64,000 bases of DNA from Spirochaetota bacterium (GTDB lineage Bacteria > Spirochaetota > UBA12135 > COTS27 > CBDBHE01): contig CBDBHE010000007.1 of assembly GCA_965205605.1 (NCBI GenBank), positions 128,001 through 192,000 on the forward strand, in the 5' to 3' direction. This document shows positions 1-9,680 of this stretch, piece after piece (positions within the stretch are counted from its first letter, which is position 1; each line of letters opens with the position of its first letter). A program made the translations under genes and the position numbers. The notes beneath the pieces were generated by a model, which saw only the letters and a list, made by a program, of their open reading frames with translations, was not told the origin of the DNA and did no database searches.

Positions 1-69
1 TACAATTACTATTATCGGTCTTTTTTTAATTAAATTCAACTTTCCAAATCAATGTTAAAATGAACCAAA

Positions 70-2025
70 ATGAAAGCCATATTATACCCTATCTTAGAAA
101 AACTCAAAAATCCTAAAGATATTAAAAAAATGAGCACCCCTCAATTAAAAGCACTTGCCGAAGAAGTGCGATTATTTATCAATGAAACCGTTGTAGAAAC
201 AGGCGGGCATTTGGGGCCTAACTTAGGTTGTGTAGAAATCATTATTGCTTGTCATTTTGTCTTTGATTTAATTAAGGATAGATTTATTTTTGATGTCGGG
301 CATCAATGCTACCCTCACAAAATTATAACCGGTCGCTTCGCTTATTTCAAGACTCTTCGTCAAAAGGGAGGGATTAGTGGTTATCCTCACCAAAAAGAAA
401 GTCCTTATGATGTTTTTAGAAGTGGTCACGCTTCAACAGCAATTTCAACTGCTTTAGGAATGCAAAAAGGATATATTTTAAATAATGAAAAAGACAGAAA
501 AGCAATTGCTTTAGTTGGAGATGGCTCCTTAACAGGAGGAATGGCGTTTGAAGGACTAAATAATACGGGAATTTTAAAAGATAATTTAATGGTTATTTTA
601 AACGATAATACAATGTCTATTTCCCCAACAGTAGGTGCTCTTTCTAATGCACTTAATAAAATTCGTCATCAAAAAATTTATTCTAATATTAGAGAAGAAT
701 TCATTAAAATCATTAAAAAAATTCCTAAGTTTGGCTCTAGAATAGAAGGAACAATGAAACTTTTTTTAGAAGAAGCCAAAACACTCATTAATCCAAATCA
801 AATTTTCACCACCCTTGGATTTGACTATATAGGGCCTATTAAAGGACATAATATCTCAGAAATTATTAGTTCTTTAAAAAAAGCGAAAGAAATCAAAGGG
901 CCTGTTTTACTACATATCCTAACAGAAAAAGGCAAAGGGTATAGGCCCGATGGCCCTTATGGAAAAACGATCCAAGGACCACACGCACTTAGCCCAAAAA
1001 AAAAGAACTTCATTCAAAACCATCAACAAGAAAATCCTCCTGATTTAATTGTTAAAAAAAGAAAGAATTATTCTGCTTGTTTTGTTAATAAATTAATAGA
1101 GATCGCTAAAGAAAATGAAGACATTGTTGCCATTACAGCGGCCATGGCAGAAGGAACCGGTCTTGAACGTTTTGGAAAAATTTTTCCAAAAAGATATTTT
1201 GACGTAGGTATTTGTGAAGCACACGCTACTGGGTTTGCGGCTGGATTAGCTAGTACAGGGAAAAAACCTGTCTTTGCTGTTTATTCAACTTTTCTTCAAA
1301 GAGCTTTTGACCAAATTTTTCATGAAATTGTGCTTCAAAAAGATATTTCTGTTTTATTTTGTATTGATCGAGCAGGACTTGTTGGGGATGATGGACCCAG
1401 CCATCACGGAATGTATGATATTGCTTATTTAAGATTATACCCATCTTTTGTCCTTATGGCTCCAAAAAATGGAGAAGAACTTGGAAAAATGATACAATTT
1501 GGATTAAAGCTAAAACAACCTGTAGCAATTCGATATCCAAAAAATTCTATTCCTGATAAAAAAATTTTTAACACCAATGAAGAAATTCAATTAGGTAAAG
1601 CAGAAATCATTGCTAAAGGGGAAAAAATTTGTCTTTTTGCTTATGGAAGCATGGTTGAAATCGCCTTGGAAGCAGCCAATCAATTAGAAGATATTGGCAT
1701 CTTTACGACAGTTGTCAATGCTCGTTTTGCTAAACCAATTGATCACCTGATGATAGAATACCTTTTAAAAACTCACGAATCTCTAATCACTTTAGAAGAA
1801 GGGACCCTTAAAGGAGGATTTGGAAGTGGGGTTTTAGAATGCGCTAATGAAAAAAATCTTGATACTCGAAAAATAAAAATCTTAGGCTGTGCTGATAAAT
1901 TAATCGAACACGCCTCAAGAAAAGAACAATTATCTGAATGTTCTTTAGATACAAAAGGCATCGTTTTAGAAGTGAAAAAAAAAATGATTCACTTAAAAAA
2001 AAAACTAAACAATTTTAAAAAATAA
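70..2025 (+). CDS. dxs: 1-deoxy-D-xylulose-5-phosphate synthase
   Basis: GGHLGPNLG, DVGHQCYPHK, GHASTAIS, GDGSLTGGMAFEGLN TPP motif, YSTFLQRAFDQ, DRAGLVGDDGPSH. Confidence 0.97.
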   Translation: MKAILYPILEKLKNPKDIKKMSTPQLKALAEEVRLFINETVVETGGHLGPNLGCVEIIIACHFVFDLIKDRFIFDVGHQCYPHKIITGRFAYFKTLRQKGGISGYPHQKESPYDVFRSGHASTAISTALGMQKGYILNNEKDRKAIALVGDGSLTGGMAFEGLNNTGILKDNLMVILNDNTMSISPTVGALSNALNKIRHQKIYSNIREEFIKIIKKIPKFGSRIEGTMKLFLEEAKTLINPNQIFTTLGFDYIGPIKGHNISEIISSLKKAKEIKGPVLLHILTEKGKGYRPDGPYGKTIQGPHALSPKKKNFIQNHQQENPPDLIVKKRKNYSACFVNKLIEIAKENEDIVAITAAMAEGTGLERFGKIFPKRYFDVGICEAHATGFAAGLASTGKKPVFAVYSTFLQRAFDQIFHEIVLQKDISVLFCIDRAGLVGDDGPSHHGMYDIAYLRLYPSFVLMAPKNGEELGKMIQFGLKLKQPVAIRYPKNSIPDKKIFNTNEEIQLGKAEIIAKGEKICLFAYGSMVEIALEAANQLEDIGIFTTVVNARFAKPIDHLMIEYLLKTHESLITLEEGTLKGGFGSGVLECANEKNLDTRKIKILGCADKLIEHASRKEQLSECSLDTKGIVLEVKKKMIHLKKKLNNFKK

Positions 2026-2049
2026 CAAAAAAAGGAATAAAAAAGTAAA

Positions 2050-2679
2050 TTGAATATTATTCTTTTAGGGTCCCCGGGAGCTGGAAAAGGGACTTTAGCG
2101 TCTTTTTTAAGTAAAAAATTTAATTATTCTCATTTTTCTACAGGTGACATCTTAAGAGAAGAGATCAAAAGTAAAACAACTATTGGGAAAAAAATTACCA
2201 ATATTCTAAATAAAGGAGAGCTGGTAAAAGACGACTTGATGATTAAAATTATTAAATCCAAAACTAAAAAAGCCACCCAAGGGACAATTTTAGATGGTTT
2301 TCCTAGGACTTATAATCAAATATTAGCATTAGAAAAAATTATTAAAATTGACTTAGTCATTTATCTTTATGTTTCAAAAACAGTTGCTTTTAAAAGAGTT
2401 TTTGGTAGACTTAAATGTAAAAAGTGCACTTCTATCTTTAATATTTATTACAAGCCTCACCAAAAAAAAGGCGTTTGTGATGATTGCGGAGGGACTACTT
2501 TTGAAAAAAGAAGTGATGATAACAAAGAAATCTTTGATAATCGAATTGCTATTTTTGAGAAAACAATAAACGATTTAATTTTTTTTTATGATCAAAAAAA
2601 TGTTTTAGTAAAACTTAATGGAGAAGAAAAAATGGAAATAATTCAAAAAAAAGTGTTTGAAAAAATTACTGCTAAATAG
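2050..2679 (+). CDS. adk: adenylate kinase with zinc-binding LID
   Basis: GSPGAGKGT P-loop, STGDILR, LDGFPR, CxxC...CxxC LID, RSDD; TTG start. Confidence 0.95.
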   Translation: MNIILLGSPGAGKGTLASFLSKKFNYSHFSTGDILREEIKSKTTIGKKITNILNKGELVKDDLMIKIIKSKTKKATQGTILDGFPRTYNQILALEKIIKIDLVIYLYVSKTVAFKRVFGRLKCKKCTSIFNIYYKPHQKKGVCDDCGGTTFEKRSDDNKEIFDNRIAIFEKTINDLIFFYDQKNVLVKLNGEEKMEIIQKKVFEKITAK

Positions 2680-2702
2680 TAAAACCTAAATCACTTTAAA
2701 AA

Positions 2703-3725
2703 ATGAATCAATTTTTATTATTAAAAATTTTTATCTTCTGCTTTTTTTTAGAATCTGCTTTCCCCATTCCAAAAATCTTAAAAGAAGTTTTAAATAAAAG
2801 TTACGACTACCAATCTGCTCTTAATAAAAAAGAATACTATACTGGTGAAAAAGCCTTCTTTTCAAATCAAGTTAAAAAAGGAGATTATAATATTTCAGGC
2901 AAACCTATTCTTCTTCATTTACAGCAAGGTCATTTCTTAAAAAATCAAGAAAAAAAAATCCAAGAAATTACAGATGCTTTTGGTTCGCTGACATTTGCAT
3001 TTAATGTTGGAAAAAAAGAAGGAACCTATATGGCTTCTGCTTATTTTCTCAATTCAAAACACGGTTATACCGAACACGCCAACTTTACCCCTTACATGGT
3101 CATCTCAAAATGGAAACTATGGATTCAGGTGCTTATTTTAATGAGTATGATGATCTTTTTTTATTTTAAAGAAATTAAAAACCATTCGATTGAAAAGTCA
3201 GTTCATTTTTTTTTTTTAAGCCCTTTTCTTGTAAAAGTAAAAGGAAAGAAAAAAAAATATAAATTAAATGCCTTATTTTGGATTCAAATTTCTTATGGGA
3301 TTGTTTTTTTAACTTTTTTAGCTTTTTATTTAGCTTTTTATTCTAATCTTTATTTAGTGCTTTCTTTATTTTTTATCTACACATTTTTTTTTAAAAATAG
3401 TAAAGTAGATACTTCTTTTTTTATTTATAGTTTTTTTATAACTTTTAGCTGGTTTATTTTAAAAAATTATGGACAGACATTTCTTTTTTCTAGTTTTTTT
3501 TCCCACCCTATTTTTATTGTTCTTTTATCATTTTTGATAATGTGTTTTCCTAGTCCTTTATTTTTTATTCCTTTAAGTGTTCTTCTAATTTTTTTAACTT
3601 CTTTTACACCTATTAACATTTTATACATCGTTTTATTTTCTGTTTTTACTTTTATCATCCACTGCTTTTTGACCTCTAATACTTTTAAACAAATAAACAA
3701 CCTACTCCCAAAGAAAAAAAAGTGA
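2703..3725 (+). CDS. hypothetical membrane protein (signal peptide, small beta-rich extracytoplasmic domain, multi-TM C-terminus)
   Basis: 340-aa ORF in operon-like context; hydrophobic N-terminus, TDxxG-type Ig-like stretch, several Phe/Leu-rich TM segments. Confidence 0.6.
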   Translation: MNQFLLLKIFIFCFFLESAFPIPKILKEVLNKSYDYQSALNKKEYYTGEKAFFSNQVKKGDYNISGKPILLHLQQGHFLKNQEKKIQEITDAFGSLTFAFNVGKKEGTYMASAYFLNSKHGYTEHANFTPYMVISKWKLWIQVLILMSMMIFFYFKEIKNHSIEKSVHFFFLSPFLVKVKGKKKKYKLNALFWIQISYGIVFLTFLAFYLAFYSNLYLVLSLFFIYTFFFKNSKVDTSFFIYSFFITFSWFILKNYGQTFLFSSFFSHPIFIVLLSFLIMCFPSPLFFIPLSVLLIFLTSFTPINILYIVLFSVFTFIIHCFLTSNTFKQINNLLPKKKK

Positions 3726-4678
3726 AGAAGATAAAAACAAAAAAAAAAAAAACCAATTTTGCAAGCACTACTTCAGCTTACATAAAAGAAATACCTGGTT
3801 ATTTTCTAAGTAAAAACGAACAGCTCCATTATGGAAAGCTTTTTCAAAAAGGCACCCTAAAAGAGCAAGATAAGGCGATGAATAAACTCGTTAACTCATC
3901 GCTTTATCTTGTTATTAAATTAGCAAAAACGGTGGGGCATTCAGGATTAGAGCTAGATGACTTAATCCAAGAAGGCAATATCGGCCTTATAGAAGCTGTT
4001 AAACGTTATGATTATACAAAAGGATTTGCTTTTACTACTTATGCAACCTGGTGGATACGACAATCTATTTTGAAATCAATTAAAGAAAAAGCCACCAACG
4101 TAAGATTACCTAATCATATCTATGACCTTCAAAGAAAAATTGATGAAGAAGAAAAAAAGTTTTTAAAGAAAGGTGAGAAAATTGACTCAACAACCATCGC
4201 CCATAATTTAGGAAAAAAAGTAGAACAAATTAAAAAGCATAAAGTTCATATTAAGATGAGATATACTAAAAACCTAGATGATTTTTTTAATGGGAACCAA
4301 AATACAGATAATTTAAAAATTAAGGTTTCAAATGAAACAGTCTTTGATGAAATTGCAAAGGGAGAAATTCAAAACTTTATTAAAAAGCTTTTGAAAAAAA
4401 ATATTTTAAACGAACGTGAAGTAGAAATTGTTTGCTTAAGATTTGGACTTATTAACCTCATTAACCCAAGTCACTATAAAGCGTACCAAAAAATCTTGTC
4501 TAAAACCAAAAAAAATCGTCAAAAAAATCGAAAAATAAAATTAAACCTTACTTTACAAGAAGTCAGCTTTTGTATTGGTATTAGCAAAGAACGCATTCGT
4601 CAAATCGAAGGAATCGCTATTAAAAAATTAAAAAGCTACCGAAAATTTAATGAAAAAGTTTTTTCTAACCTTCTTTAA
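3722..4678 (+). CDS. sigma-70 family RNA polymerase sigma factor (RpoD/RpoS-like, lacks region 1.1)
   Basis: DLIQEGNIGLIEAVKRYD, FTTYATWWIRQ (region 2), TLQEVS...ISKERIRQIE (region 4 HTH). Confidence 0.9.
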   Translation: MKKIKTKKKKTNFASTTSAYIKEIPGYFLSKNEQLHYGKLFQKGTLKEQDKAMNKLVNSSLYLVIKLAKTVGHSGLELDDLIQEGNIGLIEAVKRYDYTKGFAFTTYATWWIRQSILKSIKEKATNVRLPNHIYDLQRKIDEEEKKFLKKGEKIDSTTIAHNLGKKVEQIKKHKVHIKMRYTKNLDDFFNGNQNTDNLKIKVSNETVFDEIAKGEIQNFIKKLLKKNILNEREVEIVCLRFGLINLINPSHYKAYQKILSKTKKNRQKNRKIKLNLTLQEVSFCIGISKERIRQIEGIAIKKLKSYRKFNEKVFSNLL

Positions 4679-4808
4679 AATTTTTTAAAAAAATTTAATA
4701 ACCCATCAATAACTCCTTAATGACTATTTTAGGGCAACTTGGATTTTAACTATTTACTTTAAGCTTGTTGTTTATTTATAATGGGGTATAATTATAATAT
4801 TACGTTAA

Positions 4809-4974
4809 AGATTTATGATTTAATACTTTATATTTTCTAAAATTAAAGCAGAATCTATTGTTAGGTATAAATATTTATTTTATTAGATCAAATAACCCTA
4901 AAGGAAATCCATATGATATTTAAATGTTTATTAGTCTTAATAGCGATGCAGTTAAATGACTTGTTTTCTTATGA
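4809..4974 (+). repeat. copy 1 of shared upstream segment + signal-peptide cassette
   Basis: AGATTTATGATTTAATA...TCTATTGTTAGGTATAA (4809-4870) and ATGATATTTAAA...TTGTTTTCTTATGA (4913-4974) closely match 6934-7057. Confidence 0.9.
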
Positions 4975-6886
4975 AGCTGATACTAAATCCAACACCTCTC
5001 AAACAAAAAAACTATACAAAAAATCCTTACCCATTAAAACTAAAATCCTATCCATTAACAAACCTATCTCTTTTACTGAAGAAGTAACAGATAATTTCCA
5101 TATTGTCTATAATAAAAATAAAAAACACGCACTCTATGATCACAATATAAAAATAGAAGAGGAGGCTCTTTTAACACCATTTACAAAAAAAAAAAAAATG
5201 AAACCCTTATTTTTGTATTATAAAAAAGGATATCTAGCTAATAATGCGATTGTCTCTATCTATATTCATAAAATTAAAACTAAATCAACTCTAGGAGGCA
5301 AAAATGGATTAATATTAGGGGACGCTTCTATCAGTGTGAAAACAAGCGAGACTCTATCTTCAGTAAGCATAAGACATATTAAAAATAAAAAGGAAAATTA
5401 CATTTTTTATTTTCCTGGGATACCTAAAGATACTAAAGATGGATTAGCACTCTCAGCCAAAATGTCCTCAAACGATACACTACAATGGTTCTTAACTTAT
5501 AATTCATTTTCTTATAGAGGAGAATGTTTATTAAAGCAAACTTCTAAATACTACCCCATTGGTCTCTATCTAACACCCTCTAAACATCCACAGGAGATAA
5601 GTTCTTTTACTATTCGAAAGCTACTACAATCAAAGGAATTAAAAGCTAAATATGCCTTTAAAGAATTAACACATAAATATAACCCAAAATTCCATCCCCA
5701 GTATCAAAGCAGTCAATTAAAGTACGATCGTAACCACCCTGCTACAAAATACCTCGTGCTTAAATCCATACAAGGGCCTTTACACAAAGAAGAGATCGCA
5801 GGTTTAGAGAATTATTTATTAAACTATGGCAAACCCACTATTAACTGGCTAAATTATTATTTTAGAAGGACTTATATGCCCTATATGTTGGAATGGGTAT
5901 GGGAAAAAAAGAATAACCAAAAATTAATCAACCAATCTATCCAAATGGCACAAAGTGTCATTGCCCATAGAAGTGATAAACTTGGGGACGAAGGTATTTA
6001 TACTATAGGTCAGGTCCCTGTATGGCCCCATTACAGGGGTGTACAATTCTTAAAAGGAAAGATGACCTTGAGTTCTGGTTTCGCATCATTTGGTTCTGCT
6101 CTTTCATGGATAACTGTCCCTTCTAAACTAATTGCAAATAATAAAAACCTATGGGATCAAACAACAAGTATAAATAACAAAAACTATAAACAAATAGCCT
6201 ATGAGTTAATTGATGAAGCAATGGTGACTATTGATTTTACTTTAAAACACTATCTCGAAAAGAAAACAAAACTCTTAAAATCCCCTGCATGGGGAGCAGA
6301 ACCTGAAGGTTGGGTTCCTCAGTGGAATCGTTCACTTCCTTTTATAACGGCCTTAATACCTCTCATTGATGCGATGAAAGCTTTTAAAATCCACCCTAAA
6401 AAAATAGTATTATTAGAAGAAATTGTAAAAAGATACATTTCGTATTTTTTATCCTATGTCAAGTACTACGATCACAATGGAAAAACCGTACTCAACTATC
6501 CATATGGAGACTACCGTACTGTGAATAATCCAGAACAATCTGAAGACATCGGTCATGCCGGTTTTGATGGGCGTCAGCTTCAGATGATCTACAAAGCGAA
6601 AAGATATAGCTTAAAGGAAAAATTTCCAAAAGCCTATGCTAACACACTGGCAGATATCGTGTGTAAAGGAAATGGTGTCTTTAAAAAACGTTTAAAAGGA
6701 GACAGAACCTTTGCTTTTACCTATTTTGCAGGATTAGAAGGGCTTATCTGGCTTGCTCACTGGCGTCCTGAGCTCTACGAGCACGTCATTGAATACACCT
6801 ATAACAAAGTTCTCAAAAAGAGGCTCGATTCCAGGTTTGTCTGGGAAGTCCTTAAATTAAAAGAACAAAAACAGCAAAAAAAATAA
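4913..6886 (+). CDS. secreted hypothetical protein (helical C-terminal domain, possibly carbohydrate-active)
   Basis: 657-aa ORF, AAGGA RBS, N-terminal signal-like segment; aromatic-rich helical C-half with EDIGHAGFD motif; no family recognised. Confidence 0.7.
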   Translation: MIFKCLLVLIAMQLNDLFSYEADTKSNTSQTKKLYKKSLPIKTKILSINKPISFTEEVTDNFHIVYNKNKKHALYDHNIKIEEEALLTPFTKKKKMKPLFLYYKKGYLANNAIVSIYIHKIKTKSTLGGKNGLILGDASISVKTSETLSSVSIRHIKNKKENYIFYFPGIPKDTKDGLALSAKMSSNDTLQWFLTYNSFSYRGECLLKQTSKYYPIGLYLTPSKHPQEISSFTIRKLLQSKELKAKYAFKELTHKYNPKFHPQYQSSQLKYDRNHPATKYLVLKSIQGPLHKEEIAGLENYLLNYGKPTINWLNYYFRRTYMPYMLEWVWEKKNNQKLINQSIQMAQSVIAHRSDKLGDEGIYTIGQVPVWPHYRGVQFLKGKMTLSSGFASFGSALSWITVPSKLIANNKNLWDQTTSINNKNYKQIAYELIDEAMVTIDFTLKHYLEKKTKLLKSPAWGAEPEGWVPQWNRSLPFITALIPLIDAMKAFKIHPKKIVLLEEIVKRYISYFLSYVKYYDHNGKTVLNYPYGDYRTVNNPEQSEDIGHAGFDGRQLQMIYKAKRYSLKEKFPKAYANTLADIVCKGNGVFKKRLKGDRTFAFTYFAGLEGLIWLAHWRPELYEHVIEYTYNKVLKKRLDSRFVWEVLKLKEQKQQKK

Positions 6887-6933
6887 GACCCATTCAATCC
6901 TAAAAATTGGGATTCAGAAAGAATTAGTTTCGT

Positions 6934-7057
6934 AGATTTATGATTTAATATTTTATATTTTCTAAAATTAGAGTAACATCTATTGTTAGATATAAATGAT
7001 GTTTAAATACTTATTAGTCATATTAGTCATGCAGTTAACTGTCTTGTTTTCTTATGA
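6934..7057 (+). repeat. copy 2 of shared upstream segment + signal-peptide cassette (42-nt RBS-containing spacer absent)
   Basis: direct repeat of 4809-4870 joined directly to a repeat of 4913-4974. Confidence 0.9.
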
Positions 7058-9449
7058 TAAATTTCAACTTTTATTAGACACTCCAGTTGATGCTGCAGTT
7101 TTTGATTTAGACAGAGCTGGTAGTCGGGATCTAATCAAAGAAAAACAAAAGAATCCAAATTATAAGGCCGTTTTTGATAAAAAATCTCTACCTGATATGA
7201 AATGGGTTAAAAAAATGATGATTAAGTTGGATAAAGTTAAATCATTAAGACAAAGTCTACCCAAAGTTAAAGTTGATTTAAAAACAATAAAACATAGAAA
7301 ATTACCTTATCCTGATAAAGCAGAAGCAGAAAAATATTTAGTTCATTGTAGTTTTCTTAATGATTTAATCTCTCTTTGTAGGGTAGTACGGTTAAAAGAA
7401 GAACTAAAAAATGATAAAGCCTTATCTAAAAAAGTGATTGATTTGATTTTTAAAAATTTGAATTTCTATATGGTAGAATTTGCACCAGATAGGCCTTATT
7501 GGAGAGTGACGATGCGTTTTAGCAATTATAAAGCTACACGTTTAGCATCCCCCGTTCTTGCTCTTTTAGACAGGATAGTGCTTCTGCTCCATCCTTATAC
7601 CACTAAAAAGACGTTAGAGGCTAATCAACGTAAATTTGTTTGTTTAAATGTATTGAATTACACAGACCACCTTATAAATAATTCAGTTGGTGCTCAAAAT
7701 AGAGGTGTGAACTGGATGGCAAGATTAAACCATATAAATACCCATTTTTTTACTAAACATCTCTATGGCTTTACTGGGGCATTAAAAGAGTTAAAGGAGC
7801 ATTTAGCTGATGGATATGAATATGCTCCTTTTCAAAGAAGAATGGGGACTTTACCAGATGGTGGATTTTGGCATCATGGATCTCAAGCGTATTGTGTTCC
7901 CTATGGAACTGGAGACTTCAATCATGCTGTTTATTATCTTAAAAATTTTGAAAAGACACCGCTTGAACTAGATCGTATTCATTATGCAGTCTATGAAACT
8001 CAATTGTTAGATAAATGGCAATATATTATTTACAATAAAGAATGGCTAGATCTATCAATAACAGGTGGAAAAAACGTAGCTCAAATTAAACGTTACAAAG
8101 CGAAAGTCTACCCTCGGACACTAAGTAAGATGGTCTCTAATATTATGAAACTTGATAAAAGCAAACTAACACGTTTAAAGGAATTGAAAGAGCTAAGTAA
8201 GAAAATAAAAAATAAAGAGTTTGAAAGTAAGCTTATAATTAATAAAAATTTTTGGCATTGGGAATATATGGTACATCGTCGACCTGGTTGGTATATTGGT
8301 TTCAAAGGGATGTCGTCAAGGACAATCACTGCTGAATGGGATCAAAACGCCCATCTTACTAGTGGTCATACTGCGATAATGAGAAAAGGAGATGAATATT
8401 GGAGAATTCGACCGGCTCTTAATTGGACTGCGTTACCAGGTATAACTACAGAACAACTTCCTTCTAAATATTTACTAAATCGCTTCGTAGCGACAACGGG
8501 TCAATCAGATTTTGCTAATGGAGTTAGTGATGGGAAGTATGGTTTATTTGCATTTGAGCACAAACCAAAAGATAAGGTTATAGGAACCGTTCATGCTAAT
8601 AAAGCAGGCTTCTTCTTTGAAAAGGGGATGGTTGCATTGACTTCAGGCATAAACCGACATAATCGTGGGTGGGGAAATGATGTTTGGACTACACTTGACC
8701 AACGTATACGTCGAGGGGTAGTTACAGCTTTTATCAATGGTAATATAATTGTTTTTGAAGATCAGGAGTTTAATAAATCATTTGATGTACGTGGATTTGC
8801 ATGGGTACACCATGATGGCATTACTTATTTTTTGCCTGAAAATCAAAATCGAAAGATCATAATAAAAAGTGATAGAAAGCAAGGGGAAGTCAAAGACGTA
8901 TTACCTCATAACAAAAAAGGTCTTACTTATGACCAAACTGTTTTTTTGGTAACCGTTAATCATGAAAAGCAGGTAATAAATGATAAATGTTCATATATGG
9001 TCATTCCAAATATGAGCTTAGATGAAGTTAAAAAAATTACTAGTTTTCCATTTTATAAAATTATTAAAAATGATATAAAGCAACAAGCTGTTATTGATGA
9101 AAATCAAGGTATTTCACAGTTGGTTTTTTATAGTTGGGGAGAGATTAAAATCCCAAATGGTTTAATAGTATCCTCTGAACATCCATTAATCTTAATGTTA
9201 CGGAAGGACTTAAAAAAGATTTCTGCAGTGGTAGCGAATCCTTTACAGCTTAAGAAACATATGGATTTTTCTCTACATAAAAACAAATCTGCAATTAGCT
9301 TTTTTATAAGTGGTAAATTATTATCAAAAAATAAGAAGGCTATTTGTACTTATGATAAAAAATTAAATAAAACAAAAGTGTCCGTTTTATTTAATAAAGC
9401 TGCTGGATATGAGGGGGATTCTGTCACGGCAGAGCTTTTAGTTAAATGA
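6996..9449 (+). CDS. polysaccharide lyase family 8-like (chondroitin/hyaluronate/xanthan lyase fold)
   Basis: DGGFWHHGSQAYCVPYG (PL8 His/Tyr catalytic segment), FWHWEYMVHRRPGW, W..LPGITT, ANKAGFFFEKGMVALTSGI, TTLDQR, WVHHDGITY. Confidence 0.82.
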   Translation: MMFKYLLVILVMQLTVLFSYDKFQLLLDTPVDAAVFDLDRAGSRDLIKEKQKNPNYKAVFDKKSLPDMKWVKKMMIKLDKVKSLRQSLPKVKVDLKTIKHRKLPYPDKAEAEKYLVHCSFLNDLISLCRVVRLKEELKNDKALSKKVIDLIFKNLNFYMVEFAPDRPYWRVTMRFSNYKATRLASPVLALLDRIVLLLHPYTTKKTLEANQRKFVCLNVLNYTDHLINNSVGAQNRGVNWMARLNHINTHFFTKHLYGFTGALKELKEHLADGYEYAPFQRRMGTLPDGGFWHHGSQAYCVPYGTGDFNHAVYYLKNFEKTPLELDRIHYAVYETQLLDKWQYIIYNKEWLDLSITGGKNVAQIKRYKAKVYPRTLSKMVSNIMKLDKSKLTRLKELKELSKKIKNKEFESKLIINKNFWHWEYMVHRRPGWYIGFKGMSSRTITAEWDQNAHLTSGHTAIMRKGDEYWRIRPALNWTALPGITTEQLPSKYLLNRFVATTGQSDFANGVSDGKYGLFAFEHKPKDKVIGTVHANKAGFFFEKGMVALTSGINRHNRGWGNDVWTTLDQRIRRGVVTAFINGNIIVFEDQEFNKSFDVRGFAWVHHDGITYFLPENQNRKIIIKSDRKQGEVKDVLPHNKKGLTYDQTVFLVTVNHEKQVINDKCSYMVIPNMSLDEVKKITSFPFYKIIKNDIKQQAVIDENQGISQLVFYSWGEIKIPNGLIVSSEHPLILMLRKDLKKISAVVANPLQLKKHMDFSLHKNKSAISFFISGKLLSKNKKAICTYDKKLNKTKVSVLFNKAAGYEGDSVTAELLVK

Positions 9450-9680
9450 AAAAACTAAAAAATGGTGCAGGCCTGTGGGATACGGGTAATTATTATTATT
9501 ATTTATTGTAAAGGAAGGATAAAAAAAAAGTCTTCTTTTGAGGGCGTGCTGGAGATAAATTAGATTTTGATAAAAATCGATTCATCGTTCTTTAAAAATA
9601 AAAAAATTAGTTGTATAATTAACCCTATTAATAATGATATAAAGAATTATTTAAAAGAAAAGAAACAAGGAGATGAAATT

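Noticed and set aside
9567-9680. ORF-track TTG start for the beta-helix protein
   Set aside because: ATG 9681 has an AAGGAG RBS and begins a signal peptide; the extension looks like promoter DNA.
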